Made by a program: the position numbers and the translations under genes. A model generated the notes under the pieces. The model had not been told where the DNA came from, did no database searches, and saw only the letters and a program-made list of their open reading frames with translations. Shown one piece after another: positions 39,533 to 48,883 of a DNA stretch of 64,000 nt (position 1 is its first letter; every line of letters starts with the position of its first letter). This DNA is from an uncultured Synergistaceae bacterium (GTDB lineage Bacteria; Synergistota; Synergistia; Synergistales; Aminobacteriaceae), in the NCBI GenBank assembly GCA_964543785.1, contig CAZJAR010000001.1:4909-68908 (forward strand), in the 5' to 3' direction.

Positions 39533-42500
39533 CTATTTCTTGAATATGGATTCGAGGAGTTTTTCCTTGAGGATGTCCTCCGGTTTTTTCGGCTCCTCAG
39601 GCTTGGGTTTCGGAGCAGGAGCAGGAGCAGGAGCAGGTGCAGGTGCGGGTTTTACAGCCGGTTTCACTATCTTCTCGAGAATAACCTGCTCCGGAGTTTT
39701 GGGAGCCTGGGGCTTCTCCGCCGGTTTCTGCTGCTGGGCAGCAGGTGCTGCAGGCTGCTGGGCTCCCGGGGCGACCTTCAGATTTGATACGGAGGGTTTC
39801 TGTACGTTTCCTCCGACAGTCAGCGAGATATCCCGGAAATCAGCCTTTTCCATTCCCTTCTGGGCTCCGCCGAGGATGCCCTTCAGGGCGTCCTCCAGAG
39901 AACCTGCCGTTATGCCGCCAAGGGCTCCTCCGGCAAGGGCGTTGATGACCTGGATGTTGACGTTCCCGGAAACGGAAAGCTTCAGGGCTCCCTTGGGGCC
40001 AACCGGGCCTTCCGCCGCGAGGTACCTGTAGAGAGGATCGTTCTTGGGGGCAGTCGCCTTTGTTCCTTTTTCGAGTATGATTTTTCCGGTTTCAAGTCTG
40101 AAAGGAACCGTGACATCCGTATACCGTATGCCGTTGACCCCATGAAGTTTCGTCACTAAATCGACACCCTTGAAGCCAGTGAGTGCCCCTTCTCCAATTT
40201 TGGCGCTTCCCTTGCCTGAAAGGGCAAATTTCGGGGAGAGTCCCCCTGAAATGTTCGCCGATCCCTGGGCGAGACCGGTAATTTTGCCGCCGAGGCCTCC
40301 AGTGAAGTCCTGAAGAACTCCGTTCACGTCAACTCCGCTGAACTGGGCGCTGTGGGAGAACTTCATCGTCGATACGTCCAGGGAGCCGCTGCCCGATACC
40401 TTGCCGCCGTAAAAGGCTGCATTCCCGCCCTTGCCGGAAAGCTTGTTCCCTTCCAGGACCAGGGGGTAGTTCAAGGCCGTGGCCTTGAGCCCCATGACCG
40501 TCAGAGACTGGGATGTGATGGAACCTTCTCCCTTGCCGGAGGCCCCGGCGAATCTCCCCTTGAAGACGGCGTTCACCTTGCCCCCGATGCGGAATTCCTT
40601 GGCGTCCGGCATCCCTGCGGTGAGCGCCGCAAGGTCGAGATTGTTTCCGGAAATGTCAACGGTTACGTCTGGAGCAGCTCCAAGCTTCACATTTCCTGTT
40701 GCTCCGAGGGTACCCCCTCCGAACTTGGAGCGGAATTCCTCAATCTTCATTTCCTTCGAATTGCCGCTGAGCCCAAGGGATACATCGGAAACCGCCATGC
40801 CAGACATGGTGACCTTGGGTGCGGCTGCCTTGACCGTCACAGCAGGATTGGAAATTGGCCCCTTCACCGTGACCGTGCCGTCAACTGTGCCGCCGAGAGG
40901 CACGCCCAGCCCTCCAGCGCGGGCGAGGTAGGCGAGATCGGCTCCCCCTATCTTTGCAGTGAAGTCGATGGTCCCGTCCCCCCCCGGCTTCGCCGCGAGG
41001 GTTACGCTTCCGGAACCGGTAATTGACCCCTTGCCGCTTTTGACCGAGGCCGAGGGAATATTTATCTTCTGCCCCGTTTTTTTGAGCTTCACGGCAAGAT
41101 CGGAGAGAGTAATTCCCTTAACCGCAGCGCTGCCCGCCGCTATGTCGAGGTCAAGATCCGCCTTTTCCATGGCTTTCAGATCCCCCGCCAGGGTGGTGGC
41201 GACCTTCAGATTCTTGAAAGCAGCCTCATCAAGCACACCCAGGGAAGCAGAGGAGAGTGTGAGATTGATCTTCGGGGCTGCCGCAGTCCCTGTCACCGTC
41301 GCTTCCGCAGTCACCGCACCCTTGATCCTGTACTGGGCGATATCGGGGTAGAAGGGAGCTATGGCCCCGGGCTGGAGATTTGCAAGGGAAGCCTTGAGAT
41401 TCAGCTTCCCGTCCGCTCCTACCGTTCCCGAGCCTGAAAGGGAGGAACCTCTCCACTTGGCCGACGCGCCGGTAATATTGACAGCTTTGCCCTTGAGGGC
41501 AAAGGAAACCGCAGGGTCCTCCACCGTTTCTTTTTTGGCGGTGAGCTTGTCGCTCCATGCCTTTCCCGTGATCTCGGGAGCGGCCGCGGTGCCTTTGACT
41601 GTCACATCTGCATTCACCGTTCCTGCGAGGGCGAGATCCTTCAGTTCAGGGACAAGGGCCGCCGCCTTCGCGAGATTGAAGGACCGGAGATTGCCCGAAA
41701 GATTCAGCTTCGGAGAAGTCATGTAGTCCGAGACGGTTCCCTGGGCCGTGATGGGGGCCCCTTCAAAATTGCTTTTCGCGCTCACCGTTGCCGCCTTGGG
41801 ATTGATCTTCACCTGGGCAGCCGAGTCGGTAACGCTGTAGCCGAAGGCGCCGAGCGCCGGAGCGCTGAATTCGACAGTACCGTTCAGTGCATCCGCCGCG
41901 CCGGCCAGTTTGACGGTGAACTTGTCAATTTCGCCGGAAACGTCGCCCATGTCGGGGTAGAGCTTCTTCAGTTCCGCAACCTTGATGGACGTTCCCGCAA
42001 GGTCCAGGTCGAGAACCGGGGGCTTGCCGGGAGCGAATGCAAGGCTCATGCCTCCCGAAAGGGGAATGGCGAGGACACGGGCGTCAAGGTCAGTAACGGA
42101 AAGCTTGTCGGTGCCGAGAGCCCACTTGGCCCGGACGCTGTCCACCGGATAGCCGAGAACGGATTTTCCGCTGTAATCCACATCACCTGCGAGAGACGGC
42201 GCATTCCACTCCCCCTCGCCCCTGAAGCTGAGGGACACCTTTCCGTCAAAACCGTCGGCGGGAACCACGGGCCAGAAGGCGATGAGCTCCTTCAGGTCCA
42301 GATCCTTCAGGGCGCCGCTCACTGCAAGATTGGGAGCGACCCTCCCCGAGGCGGAAACGGAACCCTTCCCCACGTTCAGCGCCAGGGACTTAATGTCCGC
42401 AATCTTCCCGTCGAGAAGGACGGCTGTTTTCCCCTTCACGGGGACACCGTTGACCGCAAGGTCAAGGTCCGCATCAATGTCTTTTCCCGAGAAGGACAAA

Positions 42501-42961
42501 CCGAGGGCTTTTATGTCCGCCTTTGCCCACTTTGAGGTCACCGTGCTGTCCACGAGGCGGACTGTTTCCACTGGAATTTCCCCGCCGCCCCCCCCTTCGA
42601 AGGTCAGCTGGGATATCTGCCCGGCAAGAGCGTCCGCATCCGTTGCTACCCCGCCCACCGATACAACGCTCAGTTTGGGGGATTTCGAGAGAAGAGACAG
42701 CAGGTTGAGCTTTACTTCAAGAAATCCTGCGGAAAAGAGGGGTTTCCCATCCTTCACGAGGCTAATTTTTCCCGTGGTAAATCCCTTGATCGGATTTCCG
42801 GAAATTCCGTCAACGGTAAGGTCCGCCCCGAGCATTTCTTTTACTGCCCTGGTCGCCTCACGAACTACAAGGTCGCCGGCAAAATCCATGCTGGCCCCTA
42901 TGAGGGCCAGACCCGCCAGGCCGACCACTAGAAACAAAGCTACCATCTTTTTCTTTCCCAT
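39533..42961 (-). CDS. AsmA/TamB-like envelope protein (1142 aa)
   Basis: N-terminal TM anchor; long Gly-rich repetitive amphipathic beta-strand pattern; Pro/Ala/Lys-rich tail. Confidence 0.75.
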   Translation of the reverse strand: MGKKKMVALFLVVGLAGLALIGASMDFAGDLVVREATRAVKEMLGADLTVDGISGNPIKGFTTGKISLVKDGKPLFSAGFLEVKLNLLSLLSKSPKLSVVSVGGVATDADALAGQISQLTFEGGGGGEIPVETVRLVDSTVTSKWAKADIKALGLSFSGKDIDADLDLAVNGVPVKGKTAVLLDGKIADIKSLALNVGKGSVSASGRVAPNLAVSGALKDLDLKELIAFWPVVPADGFDGKVSLSFRGEGEWNAPSLAGDVDYSGKSVLGYPVDSVRAKWALGTDKLSVTDLDARVLAIPLSGGMSLAFAPGKPPVLDLDLAGTSIKVAELKKLYPDMGDVSGEIDKFTVKLAGAADALNGTVEFSAPALGAFGYSVTDSAAQVKINPKAATVSAKSNFEGAPITAQGTVSDYMTSPKLNLSGNLRSFNLAKAAALVPELKDLALAGTVNADVTVKGTAAAPEITGKAWSDKLTAKKETVEDPAVSFALKGKAVNITGASAKWRGSSLSGSGTVGADGKLNLKASLANLQPGAIAPFYPDIAQYRIKGAVTAEATVTGTAAAPKINLTLSSASLGVLDEAAFKNLKVATTLAGDLKAMEKADLDLDIAAGSAAVKGITLSDLAVKLKKTGQKINIPSASVKSGKGSITGSGSVTLAAKPGGDGTIDFTAKIGGADLAYLARAGGLGVPLGGTVDGTVTVKGPISNPAVTVKAAAPKVTMSGMAVSDVSLGLSGNSKEMKIEEFRSKFGGGTLGATGNVKLGAAPDVTVDISGNNLDLAALTAGMPDAKEFRIGGKVNAVFKGRFAGASGKGEGSITSQSLTVMGLKATALNYPLVLEGNKLSGKGGNAAFYGGKVSGSGSLDVSTMKFSHSAQFSGVDVNGVLQDFTGGLGGKITGLAQGSANISGGLSPKFALSGKGSAKIGEGALTGFKGVDLVTKLHGVNGIRYTDVTVPFRLETGKIILEKGTKATAPKNDPLYRYLAAEGPVGPKGALKLSVSGNVNIQVINALAGGALGGITAGSLEDALKGILGGAQKGMEKADFRDISLTVGGNVQKPSVSNLKVAPGAQQPAAPAAQQQKPAEKPQAPKTPEQVILEKIVKPAVKPAPAPAPAPAPAPKPKPEEPKKPEDILKEKLLESIFKK
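39614..39648. repeat. In-frame hexamer tandem repeat (GCAGGA/GCAGGT)n encoding PAPAPAPAPAP
   Basis: gcaggagcaggagcaggagcaggtgcaggtgcggg visible on the plus strand. Confidence 0.8.
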
Positions 42962-43052
42962 GGTGTCAGGACCTCCTTTTCTCCCGCCCGGGAAGGACGG
43001 GAAGGTGCGGTTTTCTCCGCACGATGGTTTCTCTTCGAATTATAACATTGCC

Positions 43053-43889
43053 TTATTTTGATTCCTCCGTTAAAAGGCCTTCGGCCACGATGACCGTCCG
43101 TCCTTTCAGGGCTGCCTCCACGGTCATTCCGTCCGGGAGGAAGGAGAGGGTCACTGTGTTCACTCCGCCGGGATTGAGCACGTCGACGACGGCATGGGAA
43201 ACGGAGGGACATCCCTCCCGCAGCATCCAGCAGAGAGCTGAAGCGGTGGAACCGGTACCGCAGGAATCGGTGAGGTCTTCCACTCCCCGTTCATAGGTGA
43301 CGGAACGAATGGCCCCCTCCCCTCCGCCGGAAACAAAATTGACATTCGCACCGTCCGGGAAAAGATTCGAATCATTCCTCAGAGTTCTCCCCACCTGGAT
43401 CATCCTCTCCCGGGAAAATTCTTTGTCGGGGAAGATGACTGCATGAGGAACTCCTACCCGGAGAAAGGAAGCGGGAAAAGTCTCATCCAGAACCCTGAGC
43501 TGTCTGTTAAACCACCCGTCTTCAAGGGATACGGCTCCCATTCGCAGGTCAACGAAGGGTGAATCTACGGTTGCCTCCATAACTCCTGCAAGGGTTGAGA
43601 AACGCTGTTCCCTGCCGGCAATATTCTTTTCGAAAGCGTACCTGGCGATGCATCTGGCCCCGTTCCCGCACATTTCCCCTTCGCTTCCGTCGGCGTTGAA
43701 GAGGCGCATGGTAAAATCCGCACCGGAAGAAGGCTCCACGACGAGCACACCGTCCGCTCCAAGGGAATGACGTCTTCTGCAGAACGAAACAGCCGCCCTG
43801 GAAAGCCATTCCGTCGTCCACTGTCCCGTCATGTTGTCGATCACAATAAAATCGTTGCCGTTTCCCTGCATCTTCGTAAAGTGAATCAC
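43053..43889 (-). CDS. dapF: Diaminopimelate epimerase
   Basis: KMQGNGNDF, EMCGNGARC, GVPHAV, YERGVEDLTDSCGTG (both catalytic Cys present); GTG start with GGAGG. Confidence 0.93.
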   Translation of the reverse strand: MIHFTKMQGNGNDFIVIDNMTGQWTTEWLSRAAVSFCRRRHSLGADGVLVVEPSSGADFTMRLFNADGSEGEMCGNGARCIARYAFEKNIAGREQRFSTLAGVMEATVDSPFVDLRMGAVSLEDGWFNRQLRVLDETFPASFLRVGVPHAVIFPDKEFSRERMIQVGRTLRNDSNLFPDGANVNFVSGGGEGAIRSVTYERGVEDLTDSCGTGSTASALCWMLREGCPSVSHAVVDVLNPGGVNTVTLSFLPDGMTVEAALKGRTVIVAEGLLTEESK

Positions 43890-44186
43890 GGTTATCTCCT
43901 CCGGTACATTATAAAAAAACTGCATCTCTTCATGCTTTTTGATACGCTATCAAATTTTGCTCCTTGATACAACCGCTTTTTCCCCTGTCTCGATGAATTC
44001 CAGCAGGAAAGAAGAAATGAGCTCTGCGGATGGAGGCATCATGAAAAACGAGGGAATAGGGAGCAATCAGGCTTTCCGGGGAATACAGCGCTTCAGGAGC
44101 CGCCAAAAGAGGGCTCTATCAGGAGCATCGGGGATATGGAAGTTTTTTTTCGTTTTTTCCCTGGGTGGACACAAGGAATATCGAAA

Positions 44187-44224
44187 AAAACTCGCCGCCC
44201 GGATGATCCCGGGCGGCGAGTTTT
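44187..44224 (-). terminator. Intrinsic terminator of the Liv-type operon
   Basis: AAAACTCGCCGCCCGG...CCGGGCGGCGAGTTTT; T7 run on the minus strand. Confidence 0.85.
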
Positions 44225-44227
44225 CGT

Positions 44228-44935
44228 TCAGCCTCCGAGGTAGGCCTTGATGATCTCGGGGTCCCGCGCGAGCTCAGGTCCGCTGCCGCTCTTGATGAAC
44301 CGCCCGGCCTCGAGGATGTATCCCCTGTCGCTGATCTCCAGCGCCTGGGTGGCGTTCTGCTCCACGAGCAGTACGGTCATTCCCGCGTCCCGGATCTGGA
44401 GAATGGTCTCCATGAGGGTGTCCACCACGATGGGCGCCAGGCCGAGGGAGGGTTCGTCAAGGAGAAGAATCCTGGGACTTCCCATGAGGGCCCTGGAAAT
44501 GGCCAGCATCTGCTGTTCCCCGCCCGAAAGGGTGCCTGAACGCTGCTTCAGCCGCTGCTTCAGAATGGGAAAGAGGCGGAAACACCGCTCATAATCTTCG
44601 GCAAGCCGCTCATCCTTCTTTCTCCTGTAGGCTCCCATGACCAGATTTTCCTCCACGGTAAGGGCAGAAAACAGGCGCCGTCTCTCCGGAACAAGGGCCA
44701 GCCCCCTGGCTACCACTTCGTGAGGTTTCGCGGGAAGGGGCTTTCCGAAAATTTCCACGGTACCAGCGGACCTCTCCGCAACACCAGCCAGGGACCACAT
44801 GATGGTGGATTTCCCTGCCCCGTTGGAACCGACGATGGACACTATTTCCCGCTCTTCGAGTGAGAAAGAGATCCCCTGGACGGCGTGTATTGTGCCGTAA
44901 TGGACATGGAGATTGTCAACCCGCAGTGCGGTCAT
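44228..44935 (-). CDS. livF: HAAT family ABC ATP-binding protein (LivF-like)
   Basis: GSNGAGKST, LSGGEQQML, LDEPSLGLAP. Confidence 0.85.
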   Translation of the reverse strand: MTALRVDNLHVHYGTIHAVQGISFSLEEREIVSIVGSNGAGKSTIMWSLAGVAERSAGTVEIFGKPLPAKPHEVVARGLALVPERRRLFSALTVEENLVMGAYRRKKDERLAEDYERCFRLFPILKQRLKQRSGTLSGGEQQMLAISRALMGSPRILLLDEPSLGLAPIVVDTLMETILQIRDAGMTVLLVEQNATQALEISDRGYILEAGRFIKSGSGPELARDPEIIKAYLGG

Positions 44936-45719
44936 GTCTCTTCTTTCCTTTCCCGAGGTATGCGGCCACCACGTCCGGGTTTGCCCTGACCTCGTCCGGC
45001 GTTCCCGCTGCGAGGAGCGTGCCGAAATTCATCACCACGATGGGGGAGCAGATGTTCATCACCAGGTCCATGTGGTGCTCGATGAGGAGGATTGTTACTC
45101 TGAAACGGTCGCGAACCTCTGCGACAAGTCGAGCGAGGCTTCGGGTCTCCTCGGGATTCATTCCTGCCGCGGGCTCGTCGAGAAGCAGGAGCTTCGGCTG
45201 GGTGGCAAGGGCCCGGGCGATCTCCAGCTTTCGCTGCAGTCCGTAGGGAAGGGTGTTTGCCTGCCATTCCGCGTACTGTTCGAGCCCCAGGGAACGCAGA
45301 AGATCCATGGCCTTTCCGTGGAGGTCTCTTTCCATGCGGCGGCTCCCCGGAGATCCGAGCAGTGCGCCGAGGAAACTGCATTTTTCTCTCTGCAGCAAAG
45401 GGGTGAGCACATTTTCAAGGCATGTTCGCCTGTTGAAGAGACGGATGTTCTGGAACGTCCTGGCGATACCCTTTCTGACGATGGCATCCGGACGGAGTCC
45501 TCCCATCTCCTCCCCTTCGAAGAGGATGGTTCCCTCCGTAGGACGGTAGATGCCGGTGACCAGATTGAACACGGTTGTCTTTCCCGCTCCGTTGGGGCCT
45601 ATGATACCAGTGATGGAACCTTCCCCGACCTCAAAGGAGAATTCCTCCACCGCACGGATGCCCCCGAAGGCCTTCGTGAGTCCCTTCACCTCGAGGAGAG
45701 GTCTTCCGGACGCGGTCAT
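44932..45719 (-). CDS. livG: HAAT family ABC ATP-binding protein (LivG-like)
   Basis: GPNGAGKTT, IARTFQNIRLF, LDEPAAG; start ATG 45719; the ORF track ends this frame at 44916, so the 3' end is within about 16 nt of the value given. Confidence 0.8.
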
Positions 45720-46579
45720 GACCGGAACCTCCCTTCCGAATTCCTGTTTTTCCGGAAGAACCCGGAGAGTTCGGAGTATCCCATGAGCCCCTGGGGCCGA
45801 TAGACCATTATGAGCACGAGAAGAAGACCATAGGCCACAAGGCGCCACATCTGGGCCACACGAAGAGCCTCTGGAAGTCCGATGAAGACAAAGGAGGCGA
45901 TGAGAGGGCCGGAGATGCTGCCCATACCGCCGGCGATAACAGCCGCAAGAAGCTGTGTGGATTGGACCAGGGTGAACATGACCGGCTGGATGAAGGAGAG
46001 AAAATGGGCCAGCAGTCCGCCGGAGAGTCCGCAGTACACGGCGCTCACCACAAGGGAGAGGAGCCTGGTGCGAAAGAGCCGCACACCCGCCATCTCCGCG
46101 GCAACAGGATCCTCCCGGATGGCGATGCAGGCAGCTCCCCACCGTGACCGGAGAAAGTTCCTCGCCACAAGCACGCCCCCCGCGAGGCAGACCAGCACCA
46201 CTGGCAGGGTGGTGAATCCGTCGATGCCCGGGAGCCCTCTTGCGCCGTTTGTAATTTCAAGGTTTTCAAGAATGACGCGGAGCGCTTCGCCGAATCCGAG
46301 TATGGCTATGGCGAAATAGTCGCTCCGAAGCTTTGCCCGAAGGGTGGGGACCCCGATGACAAGGCTGACAAGGCCGGCCGCTGCTCCGCCGGCGGCGAGT
46401 GCGAGATAGAAGGGAACGTAGTAGTAGTATGTCAGGATCGCCGAAGTATAGGCACCAACGGCGACAAAGGCAGCGTGGCCCAGTGAGAAAAGTCCCGTGA
46501 ACCCTGTGAAAATGGAGAGTCCGAGAACGGCGATCATGTTGATGCACGCGAGAATCACGATGGAGAGTATATAATCCAT
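45716..46579 (-). CDS. livM: HAAT family ABC permease (LivM-like)
   Basis: SLGHAAF, LRSDYFAI, AIREDPVAAE, GGMGS, RPQGL. Confidence 0.85.
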   Translation of the reverse strand: MDYILSIVILACINMIAVLGLSIFTGFTGLFSLGHAAFVAVGAYTSAILTYYYYVPFYLALAAGGAAAGLVSLVIGVPTLRAKLRSDYFAIAILGFGEALRVILENLEITNGARGLPGIDGFTTLPVVLVCLAGGVLVARNFLRSRWGAACIAIREDPVAAEMAGVRLFRTRLLSLVVSAVYCGLSGGLLAHFLSFIQPVMFTLVQSTQLLAAVIAGGMGSISGPLIASFVFIGLPEALRVAQMWRLVAYGLLLVLIMVYRPQGLMGYSELSGFFRKNRNSEGRFRS

Positions 46580-46581
46580 GG

Positions 46582-47466
46582 CTACACCTTTTCCTCGCTG
46601 TCCTTGCCCCAGAGGCCGTTGGGTCTCCAGACGAGGAAGGCGATCAGGAGCGTAAAACTGAACACATCGCGAAGTACGCTTGATACGTAGGAAGAGACGA
46701 AGGTCTCCACGACGCCGAGGAGCAGCCCCCCGGCCAGGGCTCCCGGAAGGCTGCCAAGGCCGCCGATGACGGCGGCGATGTAAGCCTTGTTGGTCACCCA
46801 TCCCATGGTCGGGTAGACGAGATATTTTATTCCCAGAAAGACTCCCGCCACGCCGGCAAATCCTCCGGCCAGAAGGAACACAATGGCGATGAGCCTGTCA
46901 AGGTCAACTCCCATGAGGGAGCACATGGTCATGTCCGATACACCGGCCCGGATGGCGATACCGGTGCGTGTGCGTGTTATGAAGAGGTGGAGTCCCAGAA
47001 TAGCGGCCAGGGCAAAAAGGAATGCGCCCAGGTCGAGAAGGCTGACACTGCTTCCGCCAAGGGAGACCACCTGCCGGCCGAAAAATTCGGGGAAGGCGTA
47101 GAATCTGGAGCCTATGGTGGCGTAGACCAGGTTCTCGAGAAACACGGCACACCCCATGGCACTGATCATGAGGTACAGGGACGGAGCTTTCCGTCTGCGG
47201 AGGCTCGAATAGGCAAGCCGTTCATTGAGAACGGCTATGATCCCCGCACCCGCTATACTGCCCGCGAGGACGAGGCCGAATCCCAGGCTGAGCTTCGTCG
47301 CCAGGGCAAGACCCACATAAGCGCCGAGCATGATGACTGCTCCGTGGGCAAAATTGCTGAAGTTGAGCACGCTGAAGACAAGGGAGTACCCCACAGCCAT
47401 CAGGGCGTAGATGCCTCCTATGGAGAGGCCCGTTATCAGTGTCTGAAGGAACAATCCGGCCCACAC
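46582..47466 (-). CDS. livH: HAAT family ABC permease (LivH-like)
   Basis: NFAHG, AAVIGGLGS, RPNGLWG. Confidence 0.85.
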   Translation of the reverse strand: MWAGLFLQTLITGLSIGGIYALMAVGYSLVFSVLNFSNFAHGAVIMLGAYVGLALATKLSLGFGLVLAGSIAGAGIIAVLNERLAYSSLRRRKAPSLYLMISAMGCAVFLENLVYATIGSRFYAFPEFFGRQVVSLGGSSVSLLDLGAFLFALAAILGLHLFITRTRTGIAIRAGVSDMTMCSLMGVDLDRLIAIVFLLAGGFAGVAGVFLGIKYLVYPTMGWVTNKAYIAAVIGGLGSLPGALAGGLLLGVVETFVSSYVSSVLRDVFSFTLLIAFLVWRPNGLWGKDSEEKV

Positions 47467-47536
47467 ATCCTTTGAGCGTATTGGGAAAAGCCGTCTCTCT
47501 CCGGGGTTCCCGGTCCCGGAGAATTTGGGTGAACAG

Positions 47537-47566
47537 GGGGGAGCGCCCCTCGGAAGGGGGCTCCCC
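47537..47566 (-). other. GC-rich hairpin after the binding-protein gene (mRNA stabiliser or weak terminator)
   Basis: GGGGAGC(G)CCCCT-CGGA-AGGGGGCTCCCC with no clear U-tract. Confidence 0.55.
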
Positions 47567-47584
47567 GGCCTGAAATGCAGCGTT

Positions 47585-48739
47585 CTATTCGACGGAGAAG
47601 TACTTCTTCACGAACTTGAAGGTCTTGTTGGCCACATCCACCTGCTGGATCACAGCAGGCTTGTCGAGAGGGTTGTGATCCTCGGGGTTGATGGTGAGAG
47701 GGCCGCTGGTAACCTGTATGTCCTTCAGATTGGCGAGGGCGTCGGCGAGCTTGGCGCCGTCTGTGGTCCCGGCCTTCTTCAGTCCTTCCACGATCATGAT
47801 GAGGGCGTCCTGGGCCATGACGGGGTTCGGAAGCACGGGCTCCTCGCCGAAGGCGGCCTTGTACTCTGCCACGAACTCCTGGATATCAGGATCGGCGAGG
47901 TCAGCGAGGTTCACAAAATAACCGCCGTCGATGGCGCTTCCCCCGAGTTCGATGAGGTCGGGGCTGCCCCAGTTGTCCGTTCCGAGAAGAACGGCGCCGA
48001 TGCCGAGATCCCTGGCCTGTTTGGCGGCCATGGCGGCTTCCTTCTGGCTTGTGGGGATGAAGATGACGTCAGGAGCGAGATCCTTCATCTTGCCGAGCTG
48101 TGCCCTGTAGTCGAGCTCATCGGTCCGAAAGGCTTCCTTCGCCACGATGACGCCGCCCTTCTCAACGAAGGCCTCCTCGAAGTACTTCGCAAGCCACTGG
48201 CCGTAGTCGGATCCCACATCGTACAGAATGGCGCCCTTCTTCGCGCCGAGGTCGGTCACGGCAAACCGGGCCGCCACCGTTCCCTGGAAGGGATCGATGA
48301 AACAGGGCCGGAAGGCGAAAGGACGGACCTTGCCTGACCTCTGGTCGATGGTCACGAAGGGGTTGGTGGCGGTGGTGACCACCATGGGAATGCCCGCCCT
48401 CTCGAACACGGGGGCGGAAGCGATGGAGTTGCCGCTCTGGGCGGGCCCGATGACTGCCACAACGCCGTCGGAGACAAGCCGCCGGGCCACGTTCACAGCT
48501 TCGACACCGTCATTCCGGTTGTCGTAGCGGACAAACTCGATTTTCTTTCCGAGGACGCCGCCCGCATCGTTGATCTTCTTCGCGAGCATGTCGAGCGCCC
48601 GGGCTTCGGACTGCCCCCACATGGAAGCGCCGCCGGTAAGGGACACGGTGTGCCCGATGCGGATCAGGTCATCCGCGACGGCGGTTCCGGCAAAAACAAG
48701 GATGAAAACTGCCGCGGTCATCATAAGGATCTTTCTCAT
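47585..48739 (-). CDS. HAAT family ABC substrate-binding protein (LivK/LivJ-like)
   Basis: Signal peptide, KINDAGGVLGKKIE, VIGPAQSG, type I periplasmic-binding pattern. Confidence 0.88.
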   Translation of the reverse strand: MRKILMMTAAVFILVFAGTAVADDLIRIGHTVSLTGGASMWGQSEARALDMLAKKINDAGGVLGKKIEFVRYDNRNDGVEAVNVARRLVSDGVVAVIGPAQSGNSIASAPVFERAGIPMVVTTATNPFVTIDQRSGKVRPFAFRPCFIDPFQGTVAARFAVTDLGAKKGAILYDVGSDYGQWLAKYFEEAFVEKGGVIVAKEAFRTDELDYRAQLGKMKDLAPDVIFIPTSQKEAAMAAKQARDLGIGAVLLGTDNWGSPDLIELGGSAIDGGYFVNLADLADPDIQEFVAEYKAAFGEEPVLPNPVMAQDALIMIVEGLKKAGTTDGAKLADALANLKDIQVTSGPLTINPEDHNPLDKPAVIQQVDVANKTFKFVKKYFSVE

Positions 48740-48883
48740 TTCTCTTCTCAACCTCCCTGGTATATGGCGTTCATTCTCAATCCGCTTCTCCGCCCTGACC
48801 GGAAACAGTTTCCGGCTCAGGAGGGGATCCGCCCGGCACCGTCGTTTTCTCGCTGGCCCCACCTCCGATTATGATGTTCTCCC

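Noticed and set aside
39614-39648. Hexamer repeat as a CRISPR array or phase-variation tract
   Set aside because: No spacers; the unit is a multiple of 3, so it only encodes a Pro-Ala linker
43930-44186. Lysine riboswitch or sRNA upstream of dapF; plus-strand ORF 44041-44250
   Set aside because: No L-box conserved elements found; the ORF runs through the Liv terminator and has no homology cues despite a GGAGG
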